From positions 2,427-66,426 of the IMG/VR virus record IMGVR_UViG_3300032307_001129: DNA of 64,000 nt; one strand, written 5' to 3'. The stretch's first letter is position 1. Every line of letters starts with the position of its first letter. Below the pieces are notes generated by a model. The model had not been told where the DNA came from. It saw only the letters and a program-made list of their open reading frames with translations, and searched no databases. The DNA comes from a virus. The position numbers were made by a program, and so were the translations under genes. Of the stretch, positions 9,873 to 20,510 are shown piece after piece.

Positions 9873-11815
9873 TGAGTAAATTAAGAAATACTAAAAATTC
9901 TCTTTTTTCATTAATTGAAGGTATAAAAAAAATTAATGATGACCCAAAAGGATTTTCAAATTCATTTGAAAATAAATATCCTAAAAATATACCATCAACA
10001 AACGATTTTGTCGGTAAGAAACTTGATAGTTTAAAACAAAGAAAAAACCAAAAAAAAGAAAATAAAAAAGATATTTTCAGTGAAATTTTAGAAGTTGTTG
10101 AACAATTTTTAAGTGTTGACAAAAAAACTAAACAATCTGAAATATCACAAAGTGGTTCTACTGTAAATTCAGAAAAAAACAACGTCAAAAAAAAAATAAA
10201 CAGACACGCAATAAGTGCAAGTGAAAAGGCTTTAGCGTCAGCTAAAGAAATAGTAATAAAAAGGTTGTCCGAATCTTTATTTGTTGGTGATGGAATTTGT
10301 GGTACAAACAGACCTATTACTGGTGACACAATAAACTTAAGACCTGAAGAATTCGATTTATTAAACATTTTAACTGTTGATCCGGTATCATCATTAGGTC
10401 AAATTGTTTATGAGCCTAAATCACCAGAAAGAAATAAACAAAAAGTTAATAGAGAATTATATACCATATTTAGTGGAGGTACATATGATTTTATTTCTAA
10501 TAACGATAATACATTATTTACAACTACTTGGGATGTAAACAATCAACATTATAAATTTTCAGGATTAACACAAGGGAATGTTTCTGGTATAAAAGTACAA
10601 GATTTTATATCTGATTATTATTCATCAATAGAGTTTCCTGAAATAAATGATATAATAAAAACCTCAATGTTACTAACTATTCAGGGGGGTCAAAATAGTG
10701 GTAAAACTATTCAATTTGATAAATCATTAAATCTTGTCGATAGGTTATTAAAAAAGTTACTTTCTGTTTGTGGTTCAGATACAAAAAAAGATGAACTTAA
10801 AAATCAAAACGCCGTTGATATGTTTGACGAAAACGAAGAAGATATCGAATCTTACTTTGATTTTGATGATGTTGAAGGAATTGATTTAGATGATGAAAAT
10901 TTAAGATATAGAGGGGTTTTAAAATTTAAAGATTGTTATAATTTTGAAATAGATGTTGATGACACACATATGGAAGATTTTGTTTATTTAGTAAAAAATA
11001 AACAAGCTAAAAAAGTTATTGATGATGTCTTAACTAAAGTTGCTACCGATGCTAATGAACAATCTAATAATTCATTAAAAATACCCGATTTATTTTCTAA
11101 TTTAATAAATAACTTTATACTTAATTTACCTAAGGCATTAATAATGTCTGTATTGTCTGCAAAAATGTTTTTACCTTTAATTATTCTTTACAAATATTTT
11201 AAAATGGCGTCACTAAATGTTATTTTAAATGTTAAAGATTTAATTAAAAAATTTAATAAAGCCATTTTTAATATTGTAAAAGATTTATTTTGGTTATTCA
11301 TAAATGAATTTTGGAGACTCATTAAAATAGATTTAATTGCGTTTGTAACTAAATTAGTAAAAAAAATAATTAAAGAAAAATATAAAAGATATGTCCTTAT
11401 TGTTTCATCTTTAATAAATCTATTAAAGAGTGTTCAGCAAACAAATGTTGATAATTGTTTCAGTATTTTTGAATTAATACTTAAAACTATTAATGGAGCA
11501 ATTAATATGAAAGGTCCAATATCGATACCTTCTGTTTTATTATTCACTGCTGATTTAAGTTCAGGATATAGTAAAGAACGTGCTTTTTTAAGTATTGTTG
11601 AAAAAATGTCTTCTCTTGGTGTTAATACAGGTCCAATATATGGTGAAGATAATCAGTTATTAACCATAGTAAAATCTATAATTGATGGACATATTGAAGA
11701 GGAGGATACAAATTCTTTTGTAAAAATAGTACTAAAAGGTGGGTATTTACCAGGACCTTTAGGTGGTGCGGTAATACCTCCAGGTGTAATTACTGGTGTT
11801 GGTAAAAAAATATAA
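9872..11815 (+). CDS. large hypothetical protein, probably structural
   Basis: 647-aa ORF in the late operon ahead of a baseplate-like gene. Confidence 0.55.
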   Translation: MSKLRNTKNSLFSLIEGIKKINDDPKGFSNSFENKYPKNIPSTNDFVGKKLDSLKQRKNQKKENKKDIFSEILEVVEQFLSVDKKTKQSEISQSGSTVNSEKNNVKKKINRHAISASEKALASAKEIVIKRLSESLFVGDGICGTNRPITGDTINLRPEEFDLLNILTVDPVSSLGQIVYEPKSPERNKQKVNRELYTIFSGGTYDFISNNDNTLFTTTWDVNNQHYKFSGLTQGNVSGIKVQDFISDYYSSIEFPEINDIIKTSMLLTIQGGQNSGKTIQFDKSLNLVDRLLKKLLSVCGSDTKKDELKNQNAVDMFDENEEDIESYFDFDDVEGIDLDDENLRYRGVLKFKDCYNFEIDVDDTHMEDFVYLVKNKQAKKVIDDVLTKVATDANEQSNNSLKIPDLFSNLINNFILNLPKALIMSVLSAKMFLPLIILYKYFKMASLNVILNVKDLIKKFNKAIFNIVKDLFWLFINEFWRLIKIDLIAFVTKLVKKIIKEKYKRYVLIVSSLINLLKSVQQTNVDNCFSIFELILKTINGAINMKGPISIPSVLLFTADLSSGYSKERAFLSIVEKMSSLGVNTGPIYGEDNQLLTIVKSIIDGHIEEEDTNSFVKIVLKGGYLPGPLGGAVIPPGVITGVGKKI

Positions 11816-12017
11816 CATGGAAAAGAATAGGATAATAGAAATTATTAACGATATAAAAGATAAACCTAATAAAGATTTATTAGAATGTGAATTTATTCTT
11901 TTTGAAGAATATGAAAAAACAAAAGAAATAGTTGTAGAACTAACTAAACATATGGACACAATAGAAGAAATGCATTCTAAAATTATTTCTGAAATTGAGA
12001 AAAGAAAAAATTTATGA
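11796..12017 (+). CDS. hypothetical protein
   Basis: Short ORF coupled to both neighbours; likely start at the second Met. Confidence 0.5.
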   Translation: MLVKKYNMEKNRIIEIINDIKDKPNKDLLECEFILFEEYEKTKEIVVELTKHMDTIEEMHSKIISEIEKRKNL

Positions 12018-13570
12018 AATTAATAGATATTGGTATTTGTATTGATAATGAAGATCCTAAAGCGATGGGTAGGATTCGTTGTATTGATTATGAGGATTAT
12101 GTTTCAGGAAAAGAAAATTATAGAAAATATACTCCATGGAGTGAAGAAGATCCATTCATTGCGTTACCTTTTTTACCGAACAATATAAATTTTATTCCTG
12201 AGAATTTTCAAGCGGTAAAAATTTTAAGGTATAATACAGAAAAAACAACAGTAAACCAAGAATATATTGCGGGTCCATTTACCACAAGATTCGATTTTAA
12301 TGGTCAAACATATTCAGAACAAGTTAGTCCAACTACTTTTGGTTCAGGAGTAAAAGATAAAATTGATGTATTATCTAATGGTAAATTACCAAAAGATAGT
12401 GAAAATATGTTAGCTAAAAATACTGACTATTCCATTTCAGGTAAATTTGGTTCTGATATTTTATTAACTGAAGATGGTTTAGTTTTAAGGGGTGGAAAGT
12501 TAATTTCTAAACAATCCTCATCAAAAGAACAAAGAAAAAAACTTTTTAATTATCCATTATCTTCTAAGAAAGTTGCTAAATTACAATTAAAAAAATTTTC
12601 AGAAAAAAAAGTTTTAGTTGAAGAAGAAAAAATCACCACAACATATGAAAATGTAAATCTAAAATATGTTATTGAATATGGTATTAATAGTATTACCAAC
12701 CCAAATACTATTAATTTTTATATATATAAAATAAATACAAATGTTTATGGTGAATTATTTAAAACAAATTATTTCACTGAATTTACTGAATTACCTATAA
12801 ATTCTTATATTTTATTAAATAACGACAATACCAATAGTACACCAACATTAACTGTTGATATGTTAAGTAAAGTGGATTTTAGTGGGAGTACATTAGAAAG
12901 TAAAATAATACAAATATGTTCTGAAATAAGGACAACATTAACCAATATAAAAGATAATGGATTTATTGGTTTGTTTAATTCAGAAATAAATAAAAAATTT
13001 GATGGTCCTGAAGATTTAAATAATATTTATCCTTTTTTCTTTAGACCGACATATTCATTAAGGACATTACCAACATCTAATCCAACAGAATTAAACACTA
13101 AAAATAATTTATTATTAGGTGTTAAATTATCTAAAAATATACAACAAAGTAGTTTAGTTTGGTCTAACACATCTTTCTCATCTAGACCTATTTTTAAAAC
13201 AGAAAAAATAAAAAATTTAAAAAAAGATAATACATCAAAAGAACAAACATTTGGTAGTATAACATCTGATAAAATATATTTAGTATCTACTGACACTAAT
13301 TTCACTAACAAAACAATTGAGTTTGATAAGTTAAATAGTTATGAATATGAACAAGATGATTATTTAAGTAAAATTGACCCTAATACATACGCGACAGTTA
13401 GGGGTGAAAATTTATATAACGTTTTAGTGGCTTTTAAAAATTTAATGGATAGTCATATCCATAACATAAATCAACCTTTATCTAAAGGAGATGAAAACTG
13501 GATTATATTGGATAATTTAATGTCCACATTAGAAAATGAGTTATTAAACAAGTCAATTAGAATCAACTAA
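12014..13570 (+). CDS. baseplate hub/central spike-like protein (gp5/VgrG OB-fold N-terminus)
   Basis: N-terminal GICIDNEDPKAMGRIRC; C-terminal VRGENL...HIH metal-tip-like motif. Confidence 0.6.
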   Translation: MKLIDIGICIDNEDPKAMGRIRCIDYEDYVSGKENYRKYTPWSEEDPFIALPFLPNNINFIPENFQAVKILRYNTEKTTVNQEYIAGPFTTRFDFNGQTYSEQVSPTTFGSGVKDKIDVLSNGKLPKDSENMLAKNTDYSISGKFGSDILLTEDGLVLRGGKLISKQSSSKEQRKKLFNYPLSSKKVAKLQLKKFSEKKVLVEEEKITTTYENVNLKYVIEYGINSITNPNTINFYIYKINTNVYGELFKTNYFTEFTELPINSYILLNNDNTNSTPTLTVDMLSKVDFSGSTLESKIIQICSEIRTTLTNIKDNGFIGLFNSEINKKFDGPEDLNNIYPFFFRPTYSLRTLPTSNPTELNTKNNLLLGVKLSKNIQQSSLVWSNTSFSSRPIFKTEKIKNLKKDNTSKEQTFGSITSDKIYLVSTDTNFTNKTIEFDKLNSYEYEQDDYLSKIDPNTYATVRGENLYNVLVAFKNLMDSHIHNINQPLSKGDENWIILDNLMSTLENELLNKSIRIN

Positions 13571-13594
13571 TGATATATTTATATAATAAAAAAT

Positions 13595-14971
13595 ATGTCT
13601 TATTTCCGTTCGTATTTTGAAAAAAATAACACTATAATAAAAAATTATGGTGTAAACACCGCAAAAAATCCTACTACCGATATTTTTTATGGATCAGGAT
13701 TTTCTAAATATTTATTTAAAGTTGATTTTTCCGATTTAATAACAAAAATTCAAAATGGTGATTTAGTAAATAATACTAATACTAGACATTATTTAAAAAT
13801 GACTAATACTATATTCGGTGATCCTAAATTGATAGGGGAAAAAAGAAACACTGGAAAACAAAGAACAACATCATTTGATTTAATACTTTTTAAAATTTCA
13901 GAAAATTGGGATGAGGGTATTGGATTTGATTATGAAGATGGTGGATATGATTTCACGTATGGTAATAATACTTTCGATGAGCGTCCATCAAATTGGTTTA
14001 ATAGAACAACGTTAAATGAGTGGACAATTCCTGGTGTCTATTCAACATCACCAACAATATTAACAACAATTCATTTTGATAATGGTAACGAAAATATCGA
14101 CGTAGACATCACTGACTACGTTAATGGTATTATTGTATCAGGTAATACTAATCATGGATTAGGATTAGCCTTTGCCGTCTTATATCAAGATATTAATGAT
14201 GAATATGACCAATCTGTTTCATTTTTCACCAAATACACACAAACATTTTATGAACCTTTTGTAGAATCTGTTTTTAATGATTTAATAGAAGATAATCGAC
14301 AAAATTTTATTGCAGAAAAAGAAAATAATCTTTTTCTATATGTTACAAAGGGAAGTAATTTTTACGATTTAGATGAATTACCTATCGTTGATATTTTAAA
14401 TAGTTCAGGAACCCCAATTACGGGACTTACAGGGTTAACAACAACTAAGATTAAAAAGGGGACATATAAAGTTAGTTTTGGTATTACGGGTGAACTATGT
14501 GATGGAAAAAGATTTTTTTATGATAAATGGAAAAATTTAAATATTGATGATGTGTCAATATCAGATGTCACACAAAAATTCGTGCCTAAACCATTTTCCA
14601 GTTATTATTCATTTGGGTCAAATCCAACAGAATCACAAAATTTCATTATACAATTTTCAGGAATAAAACAAAATGATAAAATTATAAGAGGTGAATTAAA
14701 AAAGATTGTTATCGATTTTAAATCAATCGAAATTTCTAAATCACAATTATTTGAAAACGTTTTTTATAGAATATTTATAAAAGAAGGTAAAACTAACGTT
14801 ATTGTTTATGATTGGACTAAATTAGATATGACAACTAATGAAAATTCGTTCTATTTAGATACATCATTTATGATACCTAGAGAGTATTTTATGGAATTTA
14901 AAGCGTTAACATATACTGAGGAAATTTTTTATCCTAACTATATTAAATTTGAAATAATTTCAGAAAAATAA
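13595..14971 (+). CDS. virion structural protein, beta-rich
   Basis: ISENWDEGIG, IDVDITDYV, NHGLGL motifs typical of beta-sandwich phage structural domains. Confidence 0.5.
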   Translation: MSYFRSYFEKNNTIIKNYGVNTAKNPTTDIFYGSGFSKYLFKVDFSDLITKIQNGDLVNNTNTRHYLKMTNTIFGDPKLIGEKRNTGKQRTTSFDLILFKISENWDEGIGFDYEDGGYDFTYGNNTFDERPSNWFNRTTLNEWTIPGVYSTSPTILTTIHFDNGNENIDVDITDYVNGIIVSGNTNHGLGLAFAVLYQDINDEYDQSVSFFTKYTQTFYEPFVESVFNDLIEDNRQNFIAEKENNLFLYVTKGSNFYDLDELPIVDILNSSGTPITGLTGLTTTKIKKGTYKVSFGITGELCDGKRFFYDKWKNLNIDDVSISDVTQKFVPKPFSSYYSFGSNPTESQNFIIQFSGIKQNDKIIRGELKKIVIDFKSIEISKSQLFENVFYRIFIKEGKTNVIVYDWTKLDMTTNENSFYLDTSFMIPREYFMEFKALTYTEEIFYPNYIKFEIISEK

Positions 14972-14981
14972 ATTTAAAATT

Positions 14982-15653
14982 ATGAAAAATATTAATATAA
15001 TTATTAAGAAAGAATTAAAAAAAATAACTGAATCAAAAGAAAATTTTATTTTATTTGAACAGACTAAACCGGTACAAAAAAATGATTTTTCTAATACTGA
15101 TAATTTAGTTGATGTAGTATCAGCGGCTATAGACGTTATTCCTGGTATTGGTAATTTAATTTCTACTGGTATTGATATTACACATGGTTTAACCTATATA
15201 TTAAGATATTTTTCTGCAAAAAATGATGAAGAAAAATTATCATTTTTTCTTAAAGCTTTTATTACGTTTACGACTTCTTTTATTCCTGTTGGTGGTAATG
15301 TTATTAATTTAACTTCAAATGTGGCAATAAAACAAGTTTTACAAAAAACACCAAAAGAAATTCTTTTAGTTGGTCAAAAATTAGGTTTAATAAAACAGAC
15401 AACAATTTTTTTACAAAAAGGAAAATGGAAATATTCATTATTATTATTGTTAATAAAAATTTTTAAAAATACTTTAGTTGATGTGTTTATTAAAGTAATA
15501 AATTTATTAGATGATATAATAAAAAAAATAAATAAAAAAAATCCCGTTCAACTCAAAATATTTAATTCTTTAATTAATTTTAAAAATACTTTAGAAGAAT
15601 TAAAAGTAGATATTAATACGGTATATTTAATAAGTCAAAAATTAAAATATTAA
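14982..15653 (+). CDS. hypothetical protein with PT-TG-like motif
   Basis: AIDVIPGIGNLISTGID and SFIPVGGN; hydrophobic helices. Confidence 0.5.
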   Translation: MKNINIIIKKELKKITESKENFILFEQTKPVQKNDFSNTDNLVDVVSAAIDVIPGIGNLISTGIDITHGLTYILRYFSAKNDEEKLSFFLKAFITFTTSFIPVGGNVINLTSNVAIKQVLQKTPKEILLVGQKLGLIKQTTIFLQKGKWKYSLLLLLIKIFKNTLVDVFIKVINLLDDIIKKINKKNPVQLKIFNSLINFKNTLEELKVDINTVYLISQKLKY

Positions 15654-15657
15654 AATT

Positions 15658-16140
15658 ATGAAAAATATTAAAACAATTATTAAAAAACAATTAAAAAATT
15701 TATCCGAATCTGCTTATAGTGAAGAGAATTATATGTTTTTTCAAAATATCTCTCAAATACATAGACAATGTGAGATTTTATTAAAAATGGATGAGAATGA
15801 AGTCGATTCAATCTTACAAAATGGACATGATTGGGCAGATGACCATATTTCAGAAGCTAAAACAAATATTGACCAAGTTTTCGATTTTTTAATGAATGAA
15901 ACTGAAAGTACAGATAAAAAACCTAAAATGGATTCAAGATTAGAACCAAACATGGATACATTTAGTTTAAATGAAAATGAAGTGATTGATGAGTCTAAAA
16001 ATAAACCAACTAACCCTAAACTATGGGCGGCGTCTTTAGCTTGGGCTAAAACCAAATATGATGTTTGTCCAAGTGCATATTGTAATGGTGCTGCAGCTAA
16101 AAGATATAAATCAAAAGGTGGTGGATGGAGAAAAAAGTAA
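15658..16140 (+). CDS. hypothetical protein with basic C-terminal module
   Basis: GHDWADDH; C-terminal PSAYCNG...YKSKGGGW. Confidence 0.6.
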   Translation: MKNIKTIIKKQLKNLSESAYSEENYMFFQNISQIHRQCEILLKMDENEVDSILQNGHDWADDHISEAKTNIDQVFDFLMNETESTDKKPKMDSRLEPNMDTFSLNENEVIDESKNKPTNPKLWAASLAWAKTKYDVCPSAYCNGAAAKRYKSKGGGWRKK

Positions 16141-16168
16141 ATTAAGGATAAAAATATAAATTAATATT

Positions 16169-17638
16169 ATGAATTCAAATATAATAAACGAAATATTAAA
16201 AGGTTATATAATCGCTGCTCTTTGGACTGAAGAAGAAAGATTAAATGATGAATATGGGGTTGATGATGAACTTATATATGGTGATAATGATGATGACGAA
16301 CTTGAAAAAATAATAAATTTATCATCAAATATTAATAAAAAAGGGTTTGATACATTTACAAAAGAAGACATTGAAGATAATTCATTAATTAAAGCATACA
16401 GAGATATAAAAGAATTTATTAAAAAAGTTGGTGAGGATACAATAGAATCTGCAATAACTGAAGATAATGTAGAACCTGATACAATTGGTCATGATTTATG
16501 GTTAACAAGAAATGGTCATGGTGCTGGTTTTTTTGATGGTCACTATGATGAGGAAAGAGAAGAAAAATTCCTTAACGCGTCAAGAGAAATGGGTTCTGTT
16601 GATTTGTATATTAATGAAAACGGTAAATTATCGTTTTCAAACGAACATGTTTTTGAAAATAAAAACAATAATATGAAAATATTAGTAAACGAAGAAGATT
16701 TAAAATACATAGAGGAATCTATTATGAATGGTCTAATTATTAAAGAAGACCTAAGAAGGTGGTTTAAGGAAAAATGGGTGGACGTATCTAAAAAGGTAGA
16801 TGGTAAACATCCTCCTTGTGGTAGAAAAGAGGCAAAAGATAAAGGATATCCAAAATGTAGACCATCTAAGAAAGTATCAAAAGACACACCAAAAACTGCT
16901 GGTTCATATTCAAAGAAAGAAAAAAAATCAATGACTTCTCAAAAAAGAAGTGCTGAAAAAAAAGACCCAAAAGTAGGTAAAGGTAATTTACCTACAATGA
17001 CTAGATTTGATGAGAATAGAGTAATAAATTTGAAATTACCTGAAATAAGTGAAAAAAATTTATCACCTACATTAAATGTATTAAATGAATCAAAAATAAA
17101 TCTGAGTGAAGGACTACAATATCATTTAAAAAATGAAAAACAAATCATTGAAAATGTGTACAGAGTTTATTCAGAAAAATTTTTTGAATTATTTAATGAA
17201 TCTAGAGAATTGGTAAATAAAAACATATTAAACGTTTTTGGTGATGATAAAGTACTTTTAAAAACTGACATAGGTAAAACAGGTATATATGAAGGTAATG
17301 AAGTTTATTTAGATATACCATTTGTTTTAGATGAAGAAGAATATTTAGTTGAAGCAAAACATAGAGGTAAAGAAGTAAAATTAAACAAACCATTTAGAAC
17401 ACCAGGTGGTCCGAAAAAATTTGCTGTTTATGTTAAAAGTCCAGGTGGTAACATTAAAAAAGTTACTTTTGGTGACCCTAATTTAAGGGTTAGAAATAAT
17501 AATAAAGCGGCTGCTAAATCATTTAGGGCAAGACACAAATGTGACCAAAAGAAAGATAGGACAACCGCTGGATGGTGGAGTTGCAATGTATCTAGATATA
17601 GGAAGGTGCTCGGCATCAAAAGCTCAAATTCTTGGTAG
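16169..17638 (+). CDS. multi-module protein with basic Cys-containing domains (DUF5872/DUF6321-like)
   Basis: GHDLWLTRNGHGAGF; LRRWFKEKWVDV...PCGR...YPKCRP; KKFAVYVK...FGDP...SFRARHKC...WSC. Confidence 0.6.
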   Translation: MNSNIINEILKGYIIAALWTEEERLNDEYGVDDELIYGDNDDDELEKIINLSSNINKKGFDTFTKEDIEDNSLIKAYRDIKEFIKKVGEDTIESAITEDNVEPDTIGHDLWLTRNGHGAGFFDGHYDEEREEKFLNASREMGSVDLYINENGKLSFSNEHVFENKNNNMKILVNEEDLKYIEESIMNGLIIKEDLRRWFKEKWVDVSKKVDGKHPPCGRKEAKDKGYPKCRPSKKVSKDTPKTAGSYSKKEKKSMTSQKRSAEKKDPKVGKGNLPTMTRFDENRVINLKLPEISEKNLSPTLNVLNESKINLSEGLQYHLKNEKQIIENVYRVYSEKFFELFNESRELVNKNILNVFGDDKVLLKTDIGKTGIYEGNEVYLDIPFVLDEEEYLVEAKHRGKEVKLNKPFRTPGGPKKFAVYVKSPGGNIKKVTFGDPNLRVRNNNKAAAKSFRARHKCDQKKDRTTAGWWSCNVSRYRKVLGIKSSNSW

Positions 17639-17651
17639 TAAATAAAAAATT

Positions 17652-17918
17652 ATGGAATTACCTTTTTCTGAAAAAATAAATAATGGGTTTTATATTAGAA
17701 CATTTTCATCGGATTTAAATGAGAATGAATTGAAATGGCATTTTGATGAAGAAGATAGAATTGTTATATGTGAAAACGATACTGATTGGTTATTTCAATT
17801 TGATAATGAATTACCGATTACAATAAATAAAAATAAACCAATTTTTATCCAAAAAAATATTTATCATAGGATAATAAAAGGTACTAATAATTTAAAACTT
17901 AAAATTAAAAAACTATGA
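17652..17918 (+). CDS. small cupin-like protein
   Basis: WHFDEEDR...YHRIIKG His pattern. Confidence 0.5.
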   Translation: MELPFSEKINNGFYIRTFSSDLNENELKWHFDEEDRIVICENDTDWLFQFDNELPITINKNKPIFIQKNIYHRIIKGTNNLKLKIKKL

Positions 17919-18967
17919 AACTAATCACTTTATTAGAAAGTAAACAAACTGAAGAACTTGGAAAAAATATCCTTAAAGGTAAAGGAATACCTGAAAATGA
18001 TATTGAAAATATTGTAAATGATTTTAAAAATGGAGATAGGTCTCAAAATCAAAAAAATATTCCAATAATGTGTTTTTTTTATGATTCCAATATACCCACT
18101 AATCAAATCATTAGTGAGATAAACGACTTTAATTTATTAATGGATAATAGAAAAATTACTACTGAAAATTTTGGTAAAAAGGGGTTAACAATTAAGTATA
18201 AAGGTACTAATGGAGAAGATATTGGAAAAACATATACACCAAATGATTGGTTATCTTTTACCGAACTTATTCATGGTCAATTACAAATTTTTAATAGATC
18301 TAGAGAGAAATCTTCAGAATATGAAACTACTAAATATGATGAAGAAAAATCCGCTAACTTACCAATATACATGAAAGGAGATAATATTAATGTATATGAA
18401 GCTAAAGGTAAAAAAGATTGTATTAATTATACACACAGTTTAACAAATAAAACTTATACTTTTTGTATTGGTAGAACTGAACCATCACAAAATATGTATA
18501 ATAGTTATAGAAATACTAGATCAGCTAAATTTTATTATATTGTAGATTTAAATAAAATGGATAAACCAAACGATCCATTACATATGGTTGTCTTACAAAC
18601 AAATTTATTACCACAAAAAAGTATTACTTTAACGGATGCAAATAATACTTCTGGTAACATTGCGGAATATGGATCAGAGGTTGATGGATATTTAGAATAT
18701 TTAAAGTCAAAAGGTATTGATACGGATAAATTTGAATATTCTGAATTAACTGAAACTGAAAAGTATACAAATAGATTGGTTGGTCAACCAATTGGTGAGT
18801 TAGAAACTCTTTTAAATTTAGATAACCCATCAAATCCAAACTATAAAAAACCTGATATTGAAATTGAATCTGATTTAGAAAATTATTATTTAGGTCAATA
18901 TATTGACCGTGGTCACACTTTAACCGATAAACAATTTGATTATTTCTTGAGTGTAAGTAAAGATTAA
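17915..18967 (+). CDS. hypothetical protein sharing a core domain with the 62291 ORF
   Basis: TFCIG...NMYNSYR...FYYIVD compared with PWCVT...NMWGSYR...FYFVID. Confidence 0.6.
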   Translation: MKLITLLESKQTEELGKNILKGKGIPENDIENIVNDFKNGDRSQNQKNIPIMCFFYDSNIPTNQIISEINDFNLLMDNRKITTENFGKKGLTIKYKGTNGEDIGKTYTPNDWLSFTELIHGQLQIFNRSREKSSEYETTKYDEEKSANLPIYMKGDNINVYEAKGKKDCINYTHSLTNKTYTFCIGRTEPSQNMYNSYRNTRSAKFYYIVDLNKMDKPNDPLHMVVLQTNLLPQKSITLTDANNTSGNIAEYGSEVDGYLEYLKSKGIDTDKFEYSELTETEKYTNRLVGQPIGELETLLNLDNPSNPNYKKPDIEIESDLENYYLGQYIDRGHTLTDKQFDYFLSVSKD

Positions 18968-18981
18968 ATTTAGATAATGAT

Positions 18982-19839
18982 ATGAAACATTCAGAAGTAT
19001 TAAGTAGATATGTAAATTCAGGAAAACATATACCAGAAGAACAATATGAACGTTTAACAACAGTATTAAAGAAATCTTATCTTAGAATAAGAAGTGTTGC
19101 CGGTTTTAAAGATTGGGAATATGAATTTATAAGTGATAATCAAAGAATTAACTATATTGAAAAAAAAGGTGTAAAATTAGAAAAAGATGACGCAAAGGAT
19201 TTACTTAAATATTCAATTAATAAAGACCTTATTGCAACAAAAATTATTGATGTAAAGGGTGAAAATTTGAATTATAACGATATAAATAATTTACTTAAAT
19301 ATTCAGAGAATAAAGATGATATTGCTACAAAAATTATTGATGTAAAGCGTGAAAAATGGAATTATACCGATGTAGACTTTTTACTTAATTATTCAATTAA
19401 TAAAGACGTTATTGCGAAAAAAATTATTGATGTAAAAGGTGAAAAATTGAATGTTTATGATATAGTAAAATTAGTTACTATTTTAAAAGATAATGAATAT
19501 TATATCATACCTTTTATTTTAAAAATTATTGATGTAAAAGGTGAAAAATTGAATGATTTTGATATACACCATTTACTTGAACACTCGGATAATAAAGATA
19601 AAATTGCAATAAAAATTATCGAATCAAAAGGTGAAAAATTAAATGATTATGATATAAACCAATTAATTAAACGTTCAGAAAATAAAGAATTAATAAAGAA
19701 AACGTTATTACAAAATGGTGTTGATTATAAATTAATAAATGATGTAATAACAAGTTATAATATAGATACCCCATTAATACCAGACGATTACCAATCAATG
19801 TTACAAGAAATAAGAAGGATTAAAGAGATAATGATATGA
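18982..19839 (+). CDS. 30-aa repeat protein, paralog 1 (6 repeats)
   Basis: IDVKGExLxxxDIxxLLxYSxNKDxIATKI repeats. Confidence 0.85.
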   Translation: MKHSEVLSRYVNSGKHIPEEQYERLTTVLKKSYLRIRSVAGFKDWEYEFISDNQRINYIEKKGVKLEKDDAKDLLKYSINKDLIATKIIDVKGENLNYNDINNLLKYSENKDDIATKIIDVKREKWNYTDVDFLLNYSINKDVIAKKIIDVKGEKLNVYDIVKLVTILKDNEYYIIPFILKIIDVKGEKLNDFDIHHLLEHSDNKDKIAIKIIESKGEKLNDYDINQLIKRSENKELIKKTLLQNGVDYKLINDVITSYNIDTPLIPDDYQSMLQEIRRIKEIMI

Positions 19840-20510
19840 AACATTCAGAAGTATTAAGTAGATATGTGAATACTGGACAACGAATACCAGAAAAACAATT
19901 TGACCGTTTAACACCAGTATTAAAGAAGTCTTATCTTAGAATGAGAGGGGTTGCCGTTAATTATTCTCGTTGGGAATTTAAAGTGATAAGTGATATTCAA
20001 AGAATCAATTATATTGAAAAAAAAGGTGAAAAGTTAGACCATATAGAAATAGAAGATTTACTTAAATATTCAGTTAATAAAGATGATATTGCCACAAAAA
20101 TTATTGAAGCAAAAGGTGATACATTAAATAATGATGGTAACAGTTATTACTTTTTACTTGATTATTCACAAAATAAAGACCTTATCTCAACAAAAATTAT
20201 TGAAGCAAAAGGTAAAAAATTAGATAGTAACGAAATATTCTATTCACTTAAATATTCAGTTAATAAAGATGATATTGCAACAAAAATTATTCGCACAAAA
20301 GATGAAAATTATAAAAAAATAGATATATCTTATTTACTTCAATTGTCACATAATAAAGAAATAATAAAAAAATTATTGTTACAAAAAGGTATTGATTATA
20401 AATTAATAAATGATGTCATAACTAATGATGATATAGATATCCCATTAATACCAGACAATTACCAATCAATGTTACAAGAAATAAGAAGGATTAAAGAGAT
20501 AATGATATGA
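19836..20510 (+). CDS. 30-aa repeat protein, paralog 2 (4 repeats)
   Basis: Near-identical termini to its neighbours; ATGA overlap. Confidence 0.85.
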   Translation: MKHSEVLSRYVNTGQRIPEKQFDRLTPVLKKSYLRMRGVAVNYSRWEFKVISDIQRINYIEKKGEKLDHIEIEDLLKYSVNKDDIATKIIEAKGDTLNNDGNSYYFLLDYSQNKDLISTKIIEAKGKKLDSNEIFYSLKYSVNKDDIATKIIRTKDENYKKIDISYLLQLSHNKEIIKKLLLQKGIDYKLINDVITNDDIDIPLIPDNYQSMLQEIRRIKEIMI

